Made by a program: the position numbers and the translations under genes
Source: Octopus sinensis
Taxonomy: Eukaryota
Assembly: GCF_006345805.1 (NCBI RefSeq)
Contig: NC_043016.1
Coordinates: 1,240,001 to 1,304,000, forward strand
Length of the DNA stretch: 64,000 nucleotides
Direction of reading: 5' to 3'
Shown here: positions 37,793 through 49,868 of the stretch, piece after piece
Layout of the letters: every line of letters starts with the position of its first letter
Numbering within the stretch: position 1 is the first letter of the stretch
The notes under the pieces: model-generated
What the model was told of the DNA's origin: nothing
What the model saw: only the letters and a program-made list of their open reading frames with translations
Databases searched by the model: none

Positions 37793-39302
37793 CTATAAAA
37801 CCTCCTTGTACACAATGTTTTTTGTTTTTCGTTGTGGAACGAATACGAAAGCATCACTGTTGCTGCCGACACGCGAGCAGGCAACATAAAGCTGACCATG
37901 AGAGAAACATGGCTCTCCCAAATGTATTCCCGCCACGGACAGTGTTTGACCCTGCGCTTTGTTAATTGACATTGCGAAACATGGCCTTACTGGGAACTGG
38001 GACCTCCGAAATATGAAAGGTAGGTCTGCTCCTGATGGGAAAAGATGCATCCTAGGTATGAACACAACGTTGCCTCGACCGCACCCTGTGATAATGGTGG
38101 CCTCAATCAGATTGGGAGATAAGGACTTAACAATCAAACGTGTGCCATTGCATTGTTTTGGGGGAACCAAATTTCTAATGAGCATTATAGGGGCACCAAC
38201 TTTAAGTTTGAGAATGTGTGGTGGTAGTCCGGGGGGCTCAAAGGAATTGAGTACCTCTATTGGATAGTTGATGACATCCTCTGGGTCAGGAGTTGTATTG
38301 ATAGACCGATATACATAGACATCCCCAGGAATGAGTTTTAGTATTTCATCACTAATATGGTGAGCAGTTTTATTCCTCGGGGCCAGAATAGCCCTTTGGC
38401 CAATCCAATCCATATTCTGATAATTAGCTTGTAGATCTGGGAACACTGCATCTCTGAGATCAGAAGGCGTTTTAACAATGGTACAAATGGAATCAATGGC
38501 AATATTACCATTTTCATCCCCTGGTATTTTGCCTTCGCCAAGTGCAAGGAGGGTGTGAGAACATGCTGCTGATGTGATATCACGTCGCATATGAGCACGC
38601 ATATTGGTGTGAAGTTTGAGAGTCTTCACCAGTGGCCATAATGTGGATGACTTAAGACACGCACTTACTGTACCAGCTCTAGTCCCTTTGGGAATAACGG
38701 GAAGTGTTTGTCAGAAGTCCCCTGAAAGAAGAAGTGTTATGCCTCTCATGGGAGCTGAAGAGTGTTTGATGTCTCTGAGAGATTTTTCTAGTGCCTCAAG
38801 AGCACCTCTGTGGGCCATCGTGCATTCATCCCAAACGATAAGCTTGCATCGTCTGAAGACTTCTGCCTGATCGGAGCTGTTACTGATGTTGCAAGTTGGT
38901 GTGTCAATCTTCGCTAAGTCAAGCGGGAGCTTGAAAGTGGAGTGAGCTCTCCTGCCGCCTGGCAACAACGTAGCCGCAATTCCAGATGATGCCACAGCTA
39001 GGGCAATGCCTTGTGTTCGCTTAATATCAGCAAATATTAATTTGTTGACAAAAGTTTTCCCAGTGCCCCCCGGAGCGTCCAGGAAAAAATCCCCCCCCCC
39101 CAGCTTTGGGCCGGACTGAATTAACAACGGGGTTGTAAGCGAACTTCTGTTCTGGAAGGAGCTTTGGCTCATTGTTGGCTATGTACTCGGCAAGGTCGTC
39201 AACATTAAAACATGTCTCACGCAGCAAATGTGAAGACACAGTGTTTGTGTCTTGCCGGTTTGTTGAAGGTAGGCCATAGACCGGAAAGGCACTACCGCCC
39301 AT
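37793..39302 (-). pseudogene. Helitron PIF1-family helicase domain, disrupted (frameshift in the C-run at ~39090, stop at 38711), 5'-truncated
   Basis: FFLDAPGGTGKT (Walker A), AVASSGIAATLL, IVWDECTM, LLLSGDF*Q, AILAPRN, LKVGAPIMLIRNL...CNGTRL, QFPVRPCFAMSINKAQGQTL, HGQLYVACSRV. A possible element 3' end CTAG at 37178-37181 is tentative (no clear hairpin). Confidence 0.92.
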
Positions 39303-39959
39303 ATCAAGTACAGTATCTTCGAAGGTAGTTTGTTACCACACAGTCACACCTGCCCCTATGTATGTGTGTGTGTGCGTATGTGTGTATGGGTAGATATATT
39401 ATGTATGTATATATATATGTGTACATATTATATGTATATCTATATATATACATCTACACATAAAATACAAAATACAAAGTTATATCTTGATATCGCTAGC
39501 GATAACAATGCTCAAAATATATAAAAGACTGGAATTGTAGGCCTGTCTCTTGCAATTGGACCTTGTCCTCCCTCTTGTATAGAAGTGTACGGCTGCAGCG
39601 AAATTCATTTTTGGACTTTCTTCTATCGAAGGCATTTTAACAAAAATGCTTCCGTAAAGACGGTGAAAATATTGTCGATTTCCCCAAACAGGGACACAAT
39701 TCAATTTTTAAACAATAACCAAAGCCCCTTCTCCGAAAGGGGGAGGGTTACGGTTTACAATTATTTAATAAATGCAACACAACAACGTTTCCCTGACGAG
39801 GAACCATCAAACGTGATTACAATAGTCAAACAGTAATAATAATAACAACAAACCTTTTTAATTTATCCCCATTTATGTGAAACCACTTATTCAAGTTCAA
39901 GTCATGGATGCAATTTTATACGAATTGCTAATACACACACACACACACATAATAAGGGT

Positions 39960-41431
39960 GAAAAATTGAATATTAATTTGATTAATATGAATTGAAAACC
40001 AGTGGTGTAGCATATAAGACCATAGCGGATCTTCCTCTAGCAAAAAGGATGACTAGTATTAATGGCTCATCCCTGTTATATAATACTTTCACTTTATTAG
40101 TTTCACACTTGCAAAGAGAAAGTAGGAGAAAGTGTGGTGGTAATAACAGGAGTAAACCACTTGAAATGAGAGAGGTAAATCGTAAAATATTGAGTTTTCT
40201 CGAATTTTTGCTTAATTGGGGGTCAAATTGAAAAAACATTACATGCCATGACCCAATCAAATCTACTTGGAAAAATCATAGGTAAATTCCAATTGAAGAA
40301 ATTCCATATTGTAGAATTGTATTAAAAAGAAACATGGGAACAGGCAGAAAAAATCTGCCTTTTATCATAAGAGATAAAGCGTCGTCCCTGCATAGGCCTT
40401 CCTTGATGTTAGGGAAGTGTATGTGGAGCTGATGTATAGTCCAACTAATTCAGTAACCTGAGCTGAATCAGAAGATCCTATGGTTATTTCGAATAGGTTG
40501 GCCCGGCACCAGAGTTTGCTTTCAAAAGAAATAAGGGTTTTGTGAGCATTAAGTATAATGTTAATTTCTAGTGGGGTTAGGTTAGTAAAGTTCCTAGCTA
40601 GAAGAGTTTGATTAAAGGGTTTAGGAGAAATAGAAGAGTAGCAATTATTTATGTCAAATTATAGAAAGGAATATGAGTCGTTGGTTTTTAGAAGATGGAA
40701 CCATATAATAACTTCAGTGTGGGACCAAAGTTTAACGTTTAATTTGTCCTTGATGATAGTTATTATTTTGTTCAAAACGTTTTTGCTTACTCTTCCAAGG
40801 TCGGATTTGGTGGGACATATTAAGCGTATTGAAGGTATGGTAATAAAGTCCTTGTGATCCTTGAGATTAAAGTGTGAAGGTGCAGGGCAGTATGGTTCGG
40901 TTCGGTCATCCACTTGTAATTTCCTCATAAGTTTGCAGTGGTTGTTGATTTCATTCAGGGCAGATCTTGGGGCCAGCTTGTATGATTTGTTGAGTTCTTT
41001 ACCTATGAATTTATTGTATTCCTTAATGGTAATGGGGTACATATTTCCTGTTTTGTCCGAGAAGACATGTGATATGGGGGATGGAATCATCCATTTTATG
41101 GTGTTTGAAAGCTTTTATTGAAAGGGGGATTTGTATTTAGAGAATTTAATGTTTCTAATTAAATTAATGTTTCGTTTTTGGATTTAATTTGCAAGATTCT
41201 TTATATGAGTTCGTGAGTTGAAGAATATTCTGTTGTGTTTGGGGAGAGTCGTTTTCTTTTTGTGCCTTATAATGTAACACTCGCCGGTAAAATTTCCACT
41301 TTTTTCTTATTTTTATTTTCCTAAAATTTTCGTCGCGTCTTGCAGCCTTTTCAATAGTCTTGACTATTTTACCGGTGAGTGTGTTACATTATAAGGCACA
41401 AAAAGAAAATGACTCTCCCCAAACACAACAG
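39960..41431 (-). mobile_element. PLE RT region, degraded, with a 5' pseudo-LTR forming an inverted repeat (41230-41295 / 41367-41431)
   Basis: SDKTGNMYP...LKDHKDF...IRLICPTKSDLGRVSK...WSHTEVIIWF; IGSSDSAQVTELVGLYI..., GLCRDDAL. Confidence 0.82.
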
Positions 41432-41744
41432 AATTATATTAATCATATCCGCTTAAAAATTTTCGAGATGGGGGTTGTATGGAAGGTTCTTATATGATTT
41501 GAGGTTGTAGCTGTTATTATTGTCAGTTCTGCGTATAAACTCTATACTTGAAATTACCAATTTTAAATACTATTGGATATTACTCATAAGGTATTGGAAT
41601 CTCATATGCATACCATTCTTCCAAAAAATGGATCTACAAACACAACATCCCTACATATATCGCATCTATCTTCTTTTCTTTCCACCTCACTCTCTATTTT
41701 ATATCTTATCTAAATTGACTATTTCTTAATCATCCTCTCACACA

Positions 41745-41792
41745 GTCTCCGATGAAGGGATACAATAAATATCCTGGAAACAACTGTAAGAC
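41745..41792 (+). ncRNA. Type-I hammerhead-like motif, C4 variant core
   Basis: gtct-CCGATGA-agggata/caataaa/tatcctg-GAAAC-AACT-GTA-agac; 4-bp stem I, 6-bp stem II with a mismatched first pair, GUA site. Confidence 0.58.
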
Positions 41793-41848
41793 ATTCTATC
41801 TATAAATGTTCTAAAATCTACACACCCTTGTTTTTTTATCTCATTACG

Positions 41849-41880
<32 letters not shown>

Positions 41881-41887
41881 TATATAA

Positions 41888-41922
<35 letters not shown>

Positions 41923-41931
41923 TATATATAT

Positions 41932-42004
<73 letters not shown>

Positions 42005-42005
<1 letters not shown>

Positions 42006-42630
42006 AGTAGATAAATGGTACAACAAGGCACCAATACTTACTGGAAAATAGCAATCGATATAAATACGGCGCTATACAATAGCGTCGTATTTATATCAAT
42101 TGCTATTTTCCAGTAAATATTGGTGCCTTGTTGTACCATTTATCTACTTTTATATGTCTAATTTTACCCTTATGGGGTTATCTCTTACTGGAAAGTAATA
42201 TATTTGTATTGCATTATTATTTTCATTGAAACGTCTTCACTGTTCTCGCTCTTTTAACGTTTTGGTGTTCAGACGAGTGTATTGGCATTGATGTGGCAAC
42301 GTCTGAAATTTAGGCTAGGTAAATGCAGCTGATGAAGACTAATCAAATTTACGTTGTCAAACGTATTTGAAGAGTTAGAAACCGATTCTAGGTTGTCCAT
42401 TTATCGAATGTTCTTCCTAGAGGTAAGACAAATTTCTTTCATATTTGTTGCATACACACATCTTTGCTAGTATATACGCAGTGAAGCTATACAATAGCGT
42501 CGTATTTATATCGATTGCTATTTTCCAGTAAATATGGTGCCTTGTACAATTTATCTGCTTTTATATGTATAATTTTACCCTTATGGGGCAATGTTTTACT
42601 GGAAAATAATACATTTGTATTGCATTATTA
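42005..42630. repeat. PLE-type solo pseudo-LTR: 145-bp foldback (42005-42149), then a direct repeat (~42070-42230 vs ~42487-42630) enclosing a decayed HHR (ctgatga at 42329)
   Basis: Arms of ~70 bp are near-perfectly complementary; the partial tandem copy is visible; GAAA is reduced to AAA in the HHR relic. Confidence 0.75.
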
Positions 42631-43353
42631 TTTTCATATATATATACATATATGTACATACCTACATCTATATGTATATATACATGCATATACGGGTACA
42701 GGACATAAAACAAAAACGTTGAACACAATGAGAAACGAAAACAAAAACAAAAACATGGAAACGAACTCTTTTCAAACAACGAAAAAACAGAGTACACGAC
42801 ATAAAACACAAGGAATATTCCCCTTCTTCAGTTGTCTCTGTTTCGTCTACTCCGCGTTTCGAAGGTAAGGACAAGACGCGACTTCGTTGAAACAGTCCTT
42901 CCCGCAAAGCAAATTAAATAAAATTTGAGATTCTTTGCGGAGGGGTAAAAGTGGTCACAAGAACAGGACAGTAAGAACAAAACAAGACAGTAAAAACAGT
43001 AAAGGACAGAACAAAGAGAATAACACAGTAAAACAAACGATGAGGGCTGTTAAGCCAAGACAATGGAAAATTATTCTGAACGCTTGAGGAGATAGCTTAT
43101 GAGAGAGACAGGATAAGCGGTCTGGTCTTGGTGAAGATAGCAGTTGGAAAGATGGCTTCCCTCTGATCACGTGTCAGTGACGAGAGAGTCGAGGAGGAGG
43201 AGGAGGAGGAGTAAGAGAGAGGGAACGGTGAAGGGGAGAGGAGAAGAATAGGGAAGGGTGGGAGAGAAAACCAGAAAGGATGAAGAACAAGAGCGGGAGA
43301 GAAATAGACAGAGAGGAGATAGTAAAGTAGGAGAGTACGCATCGTAATTATTA

Positions 43354-43707
43354 AGATAAAACTTACTTGGAAAAGGATGCGTGGAGTTCGATCATATAAT
43401 AATATAAATAATAGATAAATATATGCATATATACATACATGTATGTATATACCTACATATATATGTATATATGCATGCATATATGGGTACAGGGCATCAA
43501 AAAACGTCGAACACAATGAACACAAAAAATGTTTTGTTTTCGTTTCTCATTGTGTTCAACGTTTTCTTGATGTCCTGTACCCATATATGCATGTATATAT
43601 ACTTATATATGTAGGTATGTACATATATGTATGTGTATATGCATATATTTATATATTATTTATATCATTATATGATCGAACGCCACGCATCCTTTTCCAA
43701 GTAAGTT

Positions 43708-43713
<6 letters not shown>
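43354..43713. repeat. Foldback (inverted repeat, arms ~165 bp)
   Basis: agataaaacttacttggaaaaggatgcgtggagttcgatcatata... vs ...tatatgatcgaacgccacgcatccttttccaagtaagttttatct; inner arms share the gggtacagg.cat..aaaa.acgt.gaacacaatga motif also found at 42693-42750. Confidence 0.8.
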
Positions 43714-43775
<62 letters not shown>

Positions 43776-43800
43776 ATCTATCTATCTATCTATCTATCTA

Positions 43801-43834
<34 letters not shown>

Positions 43835-43851
43835 ATTCCCTAATATATTAT

Positions 43852-43893
<42 letters not shown>

Positions 43894-44092
43894 TATATAT
43901 TATATATATATATATTTCGGTTTGAGTTAGAGGTTGAGAAACCAACTAAGGGATAATAACTATCGAATATACTGCTGGTAGTGTACCCAAATATTTATAC
44001 CCAAGTTCTAGTTATTGCCTGGCAATCTCGCAATCGAGTGTTACATACGGGCGGCGGTAAAACGTGGCTTACCCTTGATTTATACGGTAAAA

Positions 44093-44668
44093 AAGAAAGT
44101 GGAGAGGATTCAAAATCGGCAGACATCACCCAGTAAACATTCCAGTATGTCTATTTATTCCAATGTATTGGATTAATACATACACATATATTAGTGGTGC
44201 ACATTATCAACTAGAAAGAGATGTTAATTGCAAAAACAAGGGTGTGGGGGCATATAATAATATAGAAACAGGTCATTCATTGAGTAAATGCGCAAATGAG
44301 CAAATGAGTAAAAGAGTAAATGAATAGAATGTCAGTAAAACCGAATAGGTGTGTAGGTGCTAGTTCCTTACGGCCGTTTCTGCCAAGAGGCAACGGAATC
44401 TAGCACCTACACACATATTCAGGTTTACTGACAATCTGTTCATTTACTGCTTTACTCATTTGCCCATTGGCACATTAACTCAAATAAACACCTGTTCCTA
44501 TATTATTATATGCTTCCACACCCTTGCTTTTGCAATTACCAGCTCGAAATTTCTTAATCTGTACCACTAAAACATGTGTATGTATTCATCTAATTCATTG
44601 GAATAAATAGACATACTGGAATGTTTACCGGCTGATGTCTATCGATTTTGTATCCTCTCCACTTTCTT
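44093..44668. repeat. 576-bp imperfect foldback centred on a core-less hammerhead relic
   Basis: Arms of ~270 bp are complementary; the centre on minus reads ctagattcc-gt-tgcc/tctt/ggca-GAAA-CGGCCG-TA-aggaactag. Confidence 0.8.
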
Positions 44669-44760
44669 ACTTGCGTATACATACATAATACATACATACA
44701 TACATACACACACACACATACATACCATACATACATACACACATACATACATATATATAC

Positions 44761-44797
<37 letters not shown>

Positions 44798-44825
44798 AAA
44801 TAATATGTGACAATTATTCAATAGG

Positions 44826-46035
44826 CAAGATAAAACTCTGAGTTTCGGATGCCGAGGTGGAAATCCACAACACCATCTCTTCGGTTATCTGGCCATCTGA
44901 AAAACGCTATGAAAAAAGACCGTTTTACAGTTTTACAAAGGGAAATTACTGTGTTGTAATTCTGCTATTTATATAAAAGCGCTAATCCAATGACCACTAA
45001 TTAAAATAGGGTTAAAAGTTCATAGTAAACACGTAAGCATGCCTACTCATACGCATACATGTGCGCATGCGCACCTATGTACGTACTTATACGTCACTAT
45101 GAAAACGTATACATCTTCACACGTATTTTTCGCCATATATGTACATACCCGCACATGTTTATATACGCATACACACATACGCATACACAAAAATGAATTA
45201 TACATACGCCCAAAAAACCGAAAAAATTGTAAAAATACTGAGTAAAAACGTCTATATATAAATGTATTCTTATGACCGCACATATCTATATACATACATA
45301 CCCGCCCATTCATACATATTCACACACGTGTACAAATGAATTTATATACGCGTCTATACAGGCAAAGGAAAAAATGCAGGATGGAAGAGTACAGAAAAAA
45401 TTATTACGTATAAAAATTTTTTAAATATATGAAAAATAAAAGGTATAATAAGATAAAAACTTTTTGGTCATTAAAAGATAAAGGTGTCAATTACAAGATC
45501 CATTGGAAGATTTTGGCCAAATGTAAGCCCTGTGGTCGTGTGTGTGCGTGCATAAGGGCATGTCCGTATTTGAACGTGATTTTACGCTTCCTTATGTTTT
45601 TTCTGCATTGTTGTTTTTTCTGTATTTTTGCTTTTAACCATGTTTTTTCTTGTGCTTGTGCGTATATAGACGTATGTATGAAGTTTTACGGTGCGCGTGT
45701 GTCTGTATGAGTTTGTATATATATGCGTATACATTTGGCGAAAAATGCGAGTGAAGATGTGTCCGTTTTCATAGTGACGTATACGTACGGATGTGGGTGC
45801 GCGAGCGCACATGTGTGCGCATGAGTAGGCATGCTTACGTGTTTACTATGAACTTTTAACCTTATTTTAATTAGCGGTCATTGGATTAGTGCTTTTATAT
45901 AAGTAGCAAAATTATAACAGTAATTTCCCTTTGTATAACGGTCTTTTTTCATAGCGTTTTTCAGATGGCCAGATAACCGAAGAGATGGTGTTGTGGATTT
46001 CTACCTCGGCATCCGAAACTCCGAGTTTTATCTTG
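44826..46035. mobile_element. PLE remnant (family of 51135-53232): inverted 3' regions (~310-bp arms) around a GIY-YIG scrap
   Basis: 44826-45140 is complementary to 45730-46035; WSLKDKGVNYKIHWKILAKCKP at ~45463-45530; HHR-like motif at both ends. Confidence 0.82.
45972..46032 (+). ncRNA. Hammerhead-like motif, C4 variant; homologues at 44829-44889 (-), 51172-51232 (-) and 53136-53194 (+)
   Basis: gataa-CCGAAGA-gatg...catc-c-GAAA-CTCCGAG-TT-ttatc; a related copy at 46250-46261 (-) has canonical gataa-CTGACGA-gatg. Confidence 0.5.
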
Positions 46036-46199
46036 GCTATATATATATGTATGTATATATATAATATATATATTATATATACATATAGTATATATATATT
46101 ATATATATTGTATTATATTATTAACATAATCTATATTATATTATATATATAATATATGCATATATCATATATATATATACATACATATCTGTAATCTAA

Positions 46200-47365
46200 T
46201 ATGTGACAATTATTTGGTTGACTCCGGGGCAGAAATCTCCTCCAGCATCTCGTCAGTTATCGAGGCAATAAAATAAATGCTATGAAAATGACAGTTAAAC
46301 AAAGGGAAATTACTATGTAATTGACAGTTATTAAGAGAAAAGAACTATTAGAATGACCGTTAAATAAGGGAAAAACCGAAGGGAAGAAAATAAAGAAGTA
46401 GAAAGCTCCTAGCAATCGCGTATGCCCGCATATAGACATACACATGCGCGCACGCATACCAACGTACATGTATCTATATGCATATGCTCACTCACACTCG
46501 CGTGAAACACATACATACGCGCACACACATGCGCCAATTAATGTACATATATATTCAACCATGCATGTACACGTATACATATCAACACACACGCGCACAT
46601 GCACATACCCATACGTGCACAATTATATTCCAATACACGTCTAATAATATTAAAGGTTACTTCGGGGGAGTGACCTTTAATATAGGTAAGTATTTCCTAG
46701 CACTGATTGATAGACATTTTCCAGTCAACCATAGTTACAGAAAGCTCTTCAATAGACAACTTAAAAATCAGTTTCATCTCAACTACTAATCTTAAAAATA
46801 TAACCGCACACAACACACAAAAACCACAAAATGAAGCCAGCTGTTCAAGCAGAGATAAAAATTTGTGCCTGCTAAACGGGGCTTGCATGTCAAGACCATC
46901 ATTTATGAAGCCACCGTAGACTCTACAACCACTAAGGTCACAGTTTTGACGAAGAAATTTGCGGGCTTTACAGAGGGTAATTTCAAGGCCAGATTCAATA
47001 ATCACACCTTGAGCTTCAGGCACTGGGATAAAAGGAAAATGACCAAATTACCCAGTCATATATGGTCTTTAAAAGATAAAGGTGTCAGTTACAACATCCA
47101 TTGGAAGATCTTAGCCAAGTGTAAGCTCCACACCAACGGCAATGGCAAGTGCAGTCTTTGTAATATGGAAAGATGGCTCATCTGGAAAAGCAGCTTAGAC
47201 CCCGCTACATTCTAAATTCAAGAACCGAACTTTTTGAGCCATGTCTACGTGTGGCTAAATATTTGTTACGTTGTTGGTCCCCCTGAGATTACAGATAGAA
47301 CCTGTTTTTTATACTGTGTCCACGTACAAGCATTTTATCTCTCTATACACCAGGAAAGAGAATTT
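46200..47365 (+). mobile_element. PLE (same family), inverted 3'-like segment then frameshifted GIY-YIG region
   Basis: TFNIGKYFLALIDRHFPVNHSYRKLFN..LKISF, CSSRDKNLCLLNGACM, TIIYEATV...FAGFTEGNFKARFNNH...WKILAKCK...KCSLCNME. Confidence 0.85.
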
Positions 47366-48550
47366 GGTGAGCATAATTCCGAAATTCACGTAGGGACGAA
47401 AACAAAAGTTGGTGCAAATAAATCACGAACTTAACACAGGGAAGTAAGCAAACGTTAGTGGAAATAATTCACGAAATTAACGCAGGCGTGTAATCAAAAG
47501 TTGGTGAAAATAAATCACGATTTCACGCAGGCAATTAAACAAAATTTGGTGAAAATAAATCAAGAAATTAACGCCTGGAGGTAAGCAAAAGATGGTGAAA
47601 ATAAATCACGAAGTTAACGCAGGCCAGATATCAAAATTTTGTGAAAATAAATCAGGAACCTAACGCAGGCAGGTAAAAAAATTTGTTGAATATAAATTAC
47701 AAAATAAACGCAGGTAAGCAAGCAAAATTTGGTGAGAATAAATTATGAAATTAACGCAGTGAAGTAAGCAAAATTTGCAGAAAAGAAATCACAATATCTA
47801 CGCAGACAAGTAATCAAAAGTTAGTGAAAATAAATCATGAATTTACTGCAGGCAAGTAAATAAAATTTGGTGCAAATAAAGTACGAAATTAACGCAGGCA
47901 AGTAATCAAAATTTGGTGAAAATAAATCCCAAATTAACGGAGGCCAGTAAACAAATTTTGGTGAAAATAGATTCTGAAGTTAACGTAGGTAAATAAGCGA
48001 AATTTGGTGGAAATGAATCACGAGATTAAGGCAGACCGATAAACGAAATTTGGTGAAAATAAATCACTTAATTCACGTAGGCAAGATATCAGAATTTGGG
48101 AGAAATTAATCACGTAATTAACGGTGGTAAGTATGCATTAGTTGGTGAAAATAATTCTCGAACTCATCCCCCGCAACTAAACAAATGTTGGTGAAAATGA
48201 ATCCCGAAATTAACGCAGGCAATTAAGCAAAATTTGTGCAAATAAATCTCGAAGTTAACGCAGGCAATTAAACAAAATTTGGTAGAAATAAATTTCGAAC
48301 TTAACGTAGGTTAATATACAAAAGTTGGTGAAAATACATCCCGAAATTAACGCAGGCAAGTAAGGAAAATTTGTTGAGAATAAATCCCGAAATTCACGCA
48401 GAGAAGTAAGCAAAATTTGGTCAAAATAAATCACGAATTTAACGCAGTCAAGTAAGAAAAATTGGTGAAAATAAATCACAAAATTAATGCAGGCATGTAA
48501 ACAAAGGTTGCTGAAAATAAATCACGAAATTATCGCAGGCAAGTAAGCGA
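47365..48550. repeat. ~46-bp minisatellite, about 25-26 diverged copies
   Basis: Consensus approx aaaatttggtgaaaataaatcacgaaattaacgcaggcaagtaagc; units are contiguous with no spacers. Confidence 0.92.
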
Positions 48551-48749
48551 AAAGAAAATAGAACAGAGTGTTAAATAATCACAGGCAGTAAGTAAACATA
48601 TCCAAAAACACAGCGGCCAAGCTAAAGAACCATCCGAATAAACCACACGTAGTTGAAAATGCATTTAGTAGAATTGAACCGGAAGCTCTTGCTTTTCCGC
48701 AAACAGTAGTACATTTCTTGATCTAAATACACTACCCAAATACGACAAC

Positions 48750-48974
48750 TTTAACAAGAAGGAGAGGGGCTTTCTCCGTCCGGGTTGCGGATCCGTGGAA
48801 TAAGCTGCAGGACGAAATGGTGAAGATGCCGACGACCGCTCGGTTCAAAGTCTCTCTTGACCAGAAATGTCCCGAACTCTTTGCATGACCACCCTCCCTG
48901 TACATAACTCCATGTTCCCCTACATGGCCTTGCTTTTGCTTTTTGAGCCAAAAAATTAACTTAACTTAACTTAA
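48750..48974 (+). mobile_element. CR1 LINE extreme 3' end with (TTAAC)n tail
   Basis: RRRGAFSVRVADPWNKLQDEMVKMPTTARFKVSLDQKCPELFA* fits the CR1 FS.RV...WN.LP...V......FK..LD pattern; tail ttaacttaacttaac. Confidence 0.82.
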
Positions 48975-49281
48975 GAAATAACTTCTAAAATATGAAAGTT
49001 TGCGAAAAACGTTCTGAGTAAACCGTGTTCTACATGAGAAATTCTACCAGTATTCGAAGTTTCAAACTGTTTAGTTAAAAAAAAATTAATTAAAATATGT
49101 GATTGAAACTGAGTAGATCCGAAAAATCACTGGCCATCATCCACCATCTTTGTTACAGTGAACGCTACATTGTTAAAGTAATTTATCCTTTCACTCCCTC
49201 ACTATTTAAAAAAAATTGCCTGTTATAAAACTTTTATTCGCCTGTGTGTGGCTTGTTCTATCATATGCCCCCTTTCTTTTT

Positions 49282-49312
<31 letters not shown>

Positions 49313-49868
49313 AATCTCTATTTTTTTTTATCAAGTCAAGTAGAAATCGCTGGCCATCAGTCACCATCTTGTCTCAGTAAACTTCTTTACACAACTTGAC
49401 AAAGATGTTTTTCGTCATGAGACGTTCACTTTCTCTAGGAGCCCACAAAACTAATCATTCAACCCTGATCGTAAATTTCTTCAAATTTTTCCTATAAAGG
49501 CACAGCATCTTCTTATTCCATTCTTTATCAACGCTGTCGTAACATACAGAGAAAATCCTTTTACTTAGTGATTTATTCCTTCTTCCTCTTGCGCCTATTC
49601 TTAAAATTTTGTACAAATCATCTATAATAATATGCTCTGGAGCATATCAAATACCGTACGACCAATACATGTACATTTGGATTAGCCTTAGGCTATCAAA
49701 ATACTCATAAGGAGTAAATTCTCTGTATACATAACCTGTATTTTTCATTGGATGTACTTCGTTACCCTTGATATTGATTCGACTACAGGTAATTTTGACC
49801 TAACTTGGTGCCTATCATTTAAGTATCAGATTCACTCGAATCCTTAATATTGCACGCATACACACACA

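Noticed and set aside
37793-38629. Host PIF1 DNA helicase gene
   Set aside because: Intronless, disrupted, and with Helitron-type motifs (LDAPGGTGKT, LKVGAPIMLIRNL, CNGTRL); it is a transposon remnant.
39788-39825. CTGACGA-ggaaccatc-AAAC on plus
   Set aside because: Lacks GAAA and a closing stem I.
42815-42875. Hammerhead candidate on minus (GAAACGCG... and CTGAAGA agggg)
   Set aside because: The elements are in the wrong order for type I and no consistent stem I can be formed for type II/III.
47365-48550. CRISPR-like array
   Set aside because: Units are contiguous diverged repeats without unique spacers, the context is eukaryotic, and there are no cas genes.
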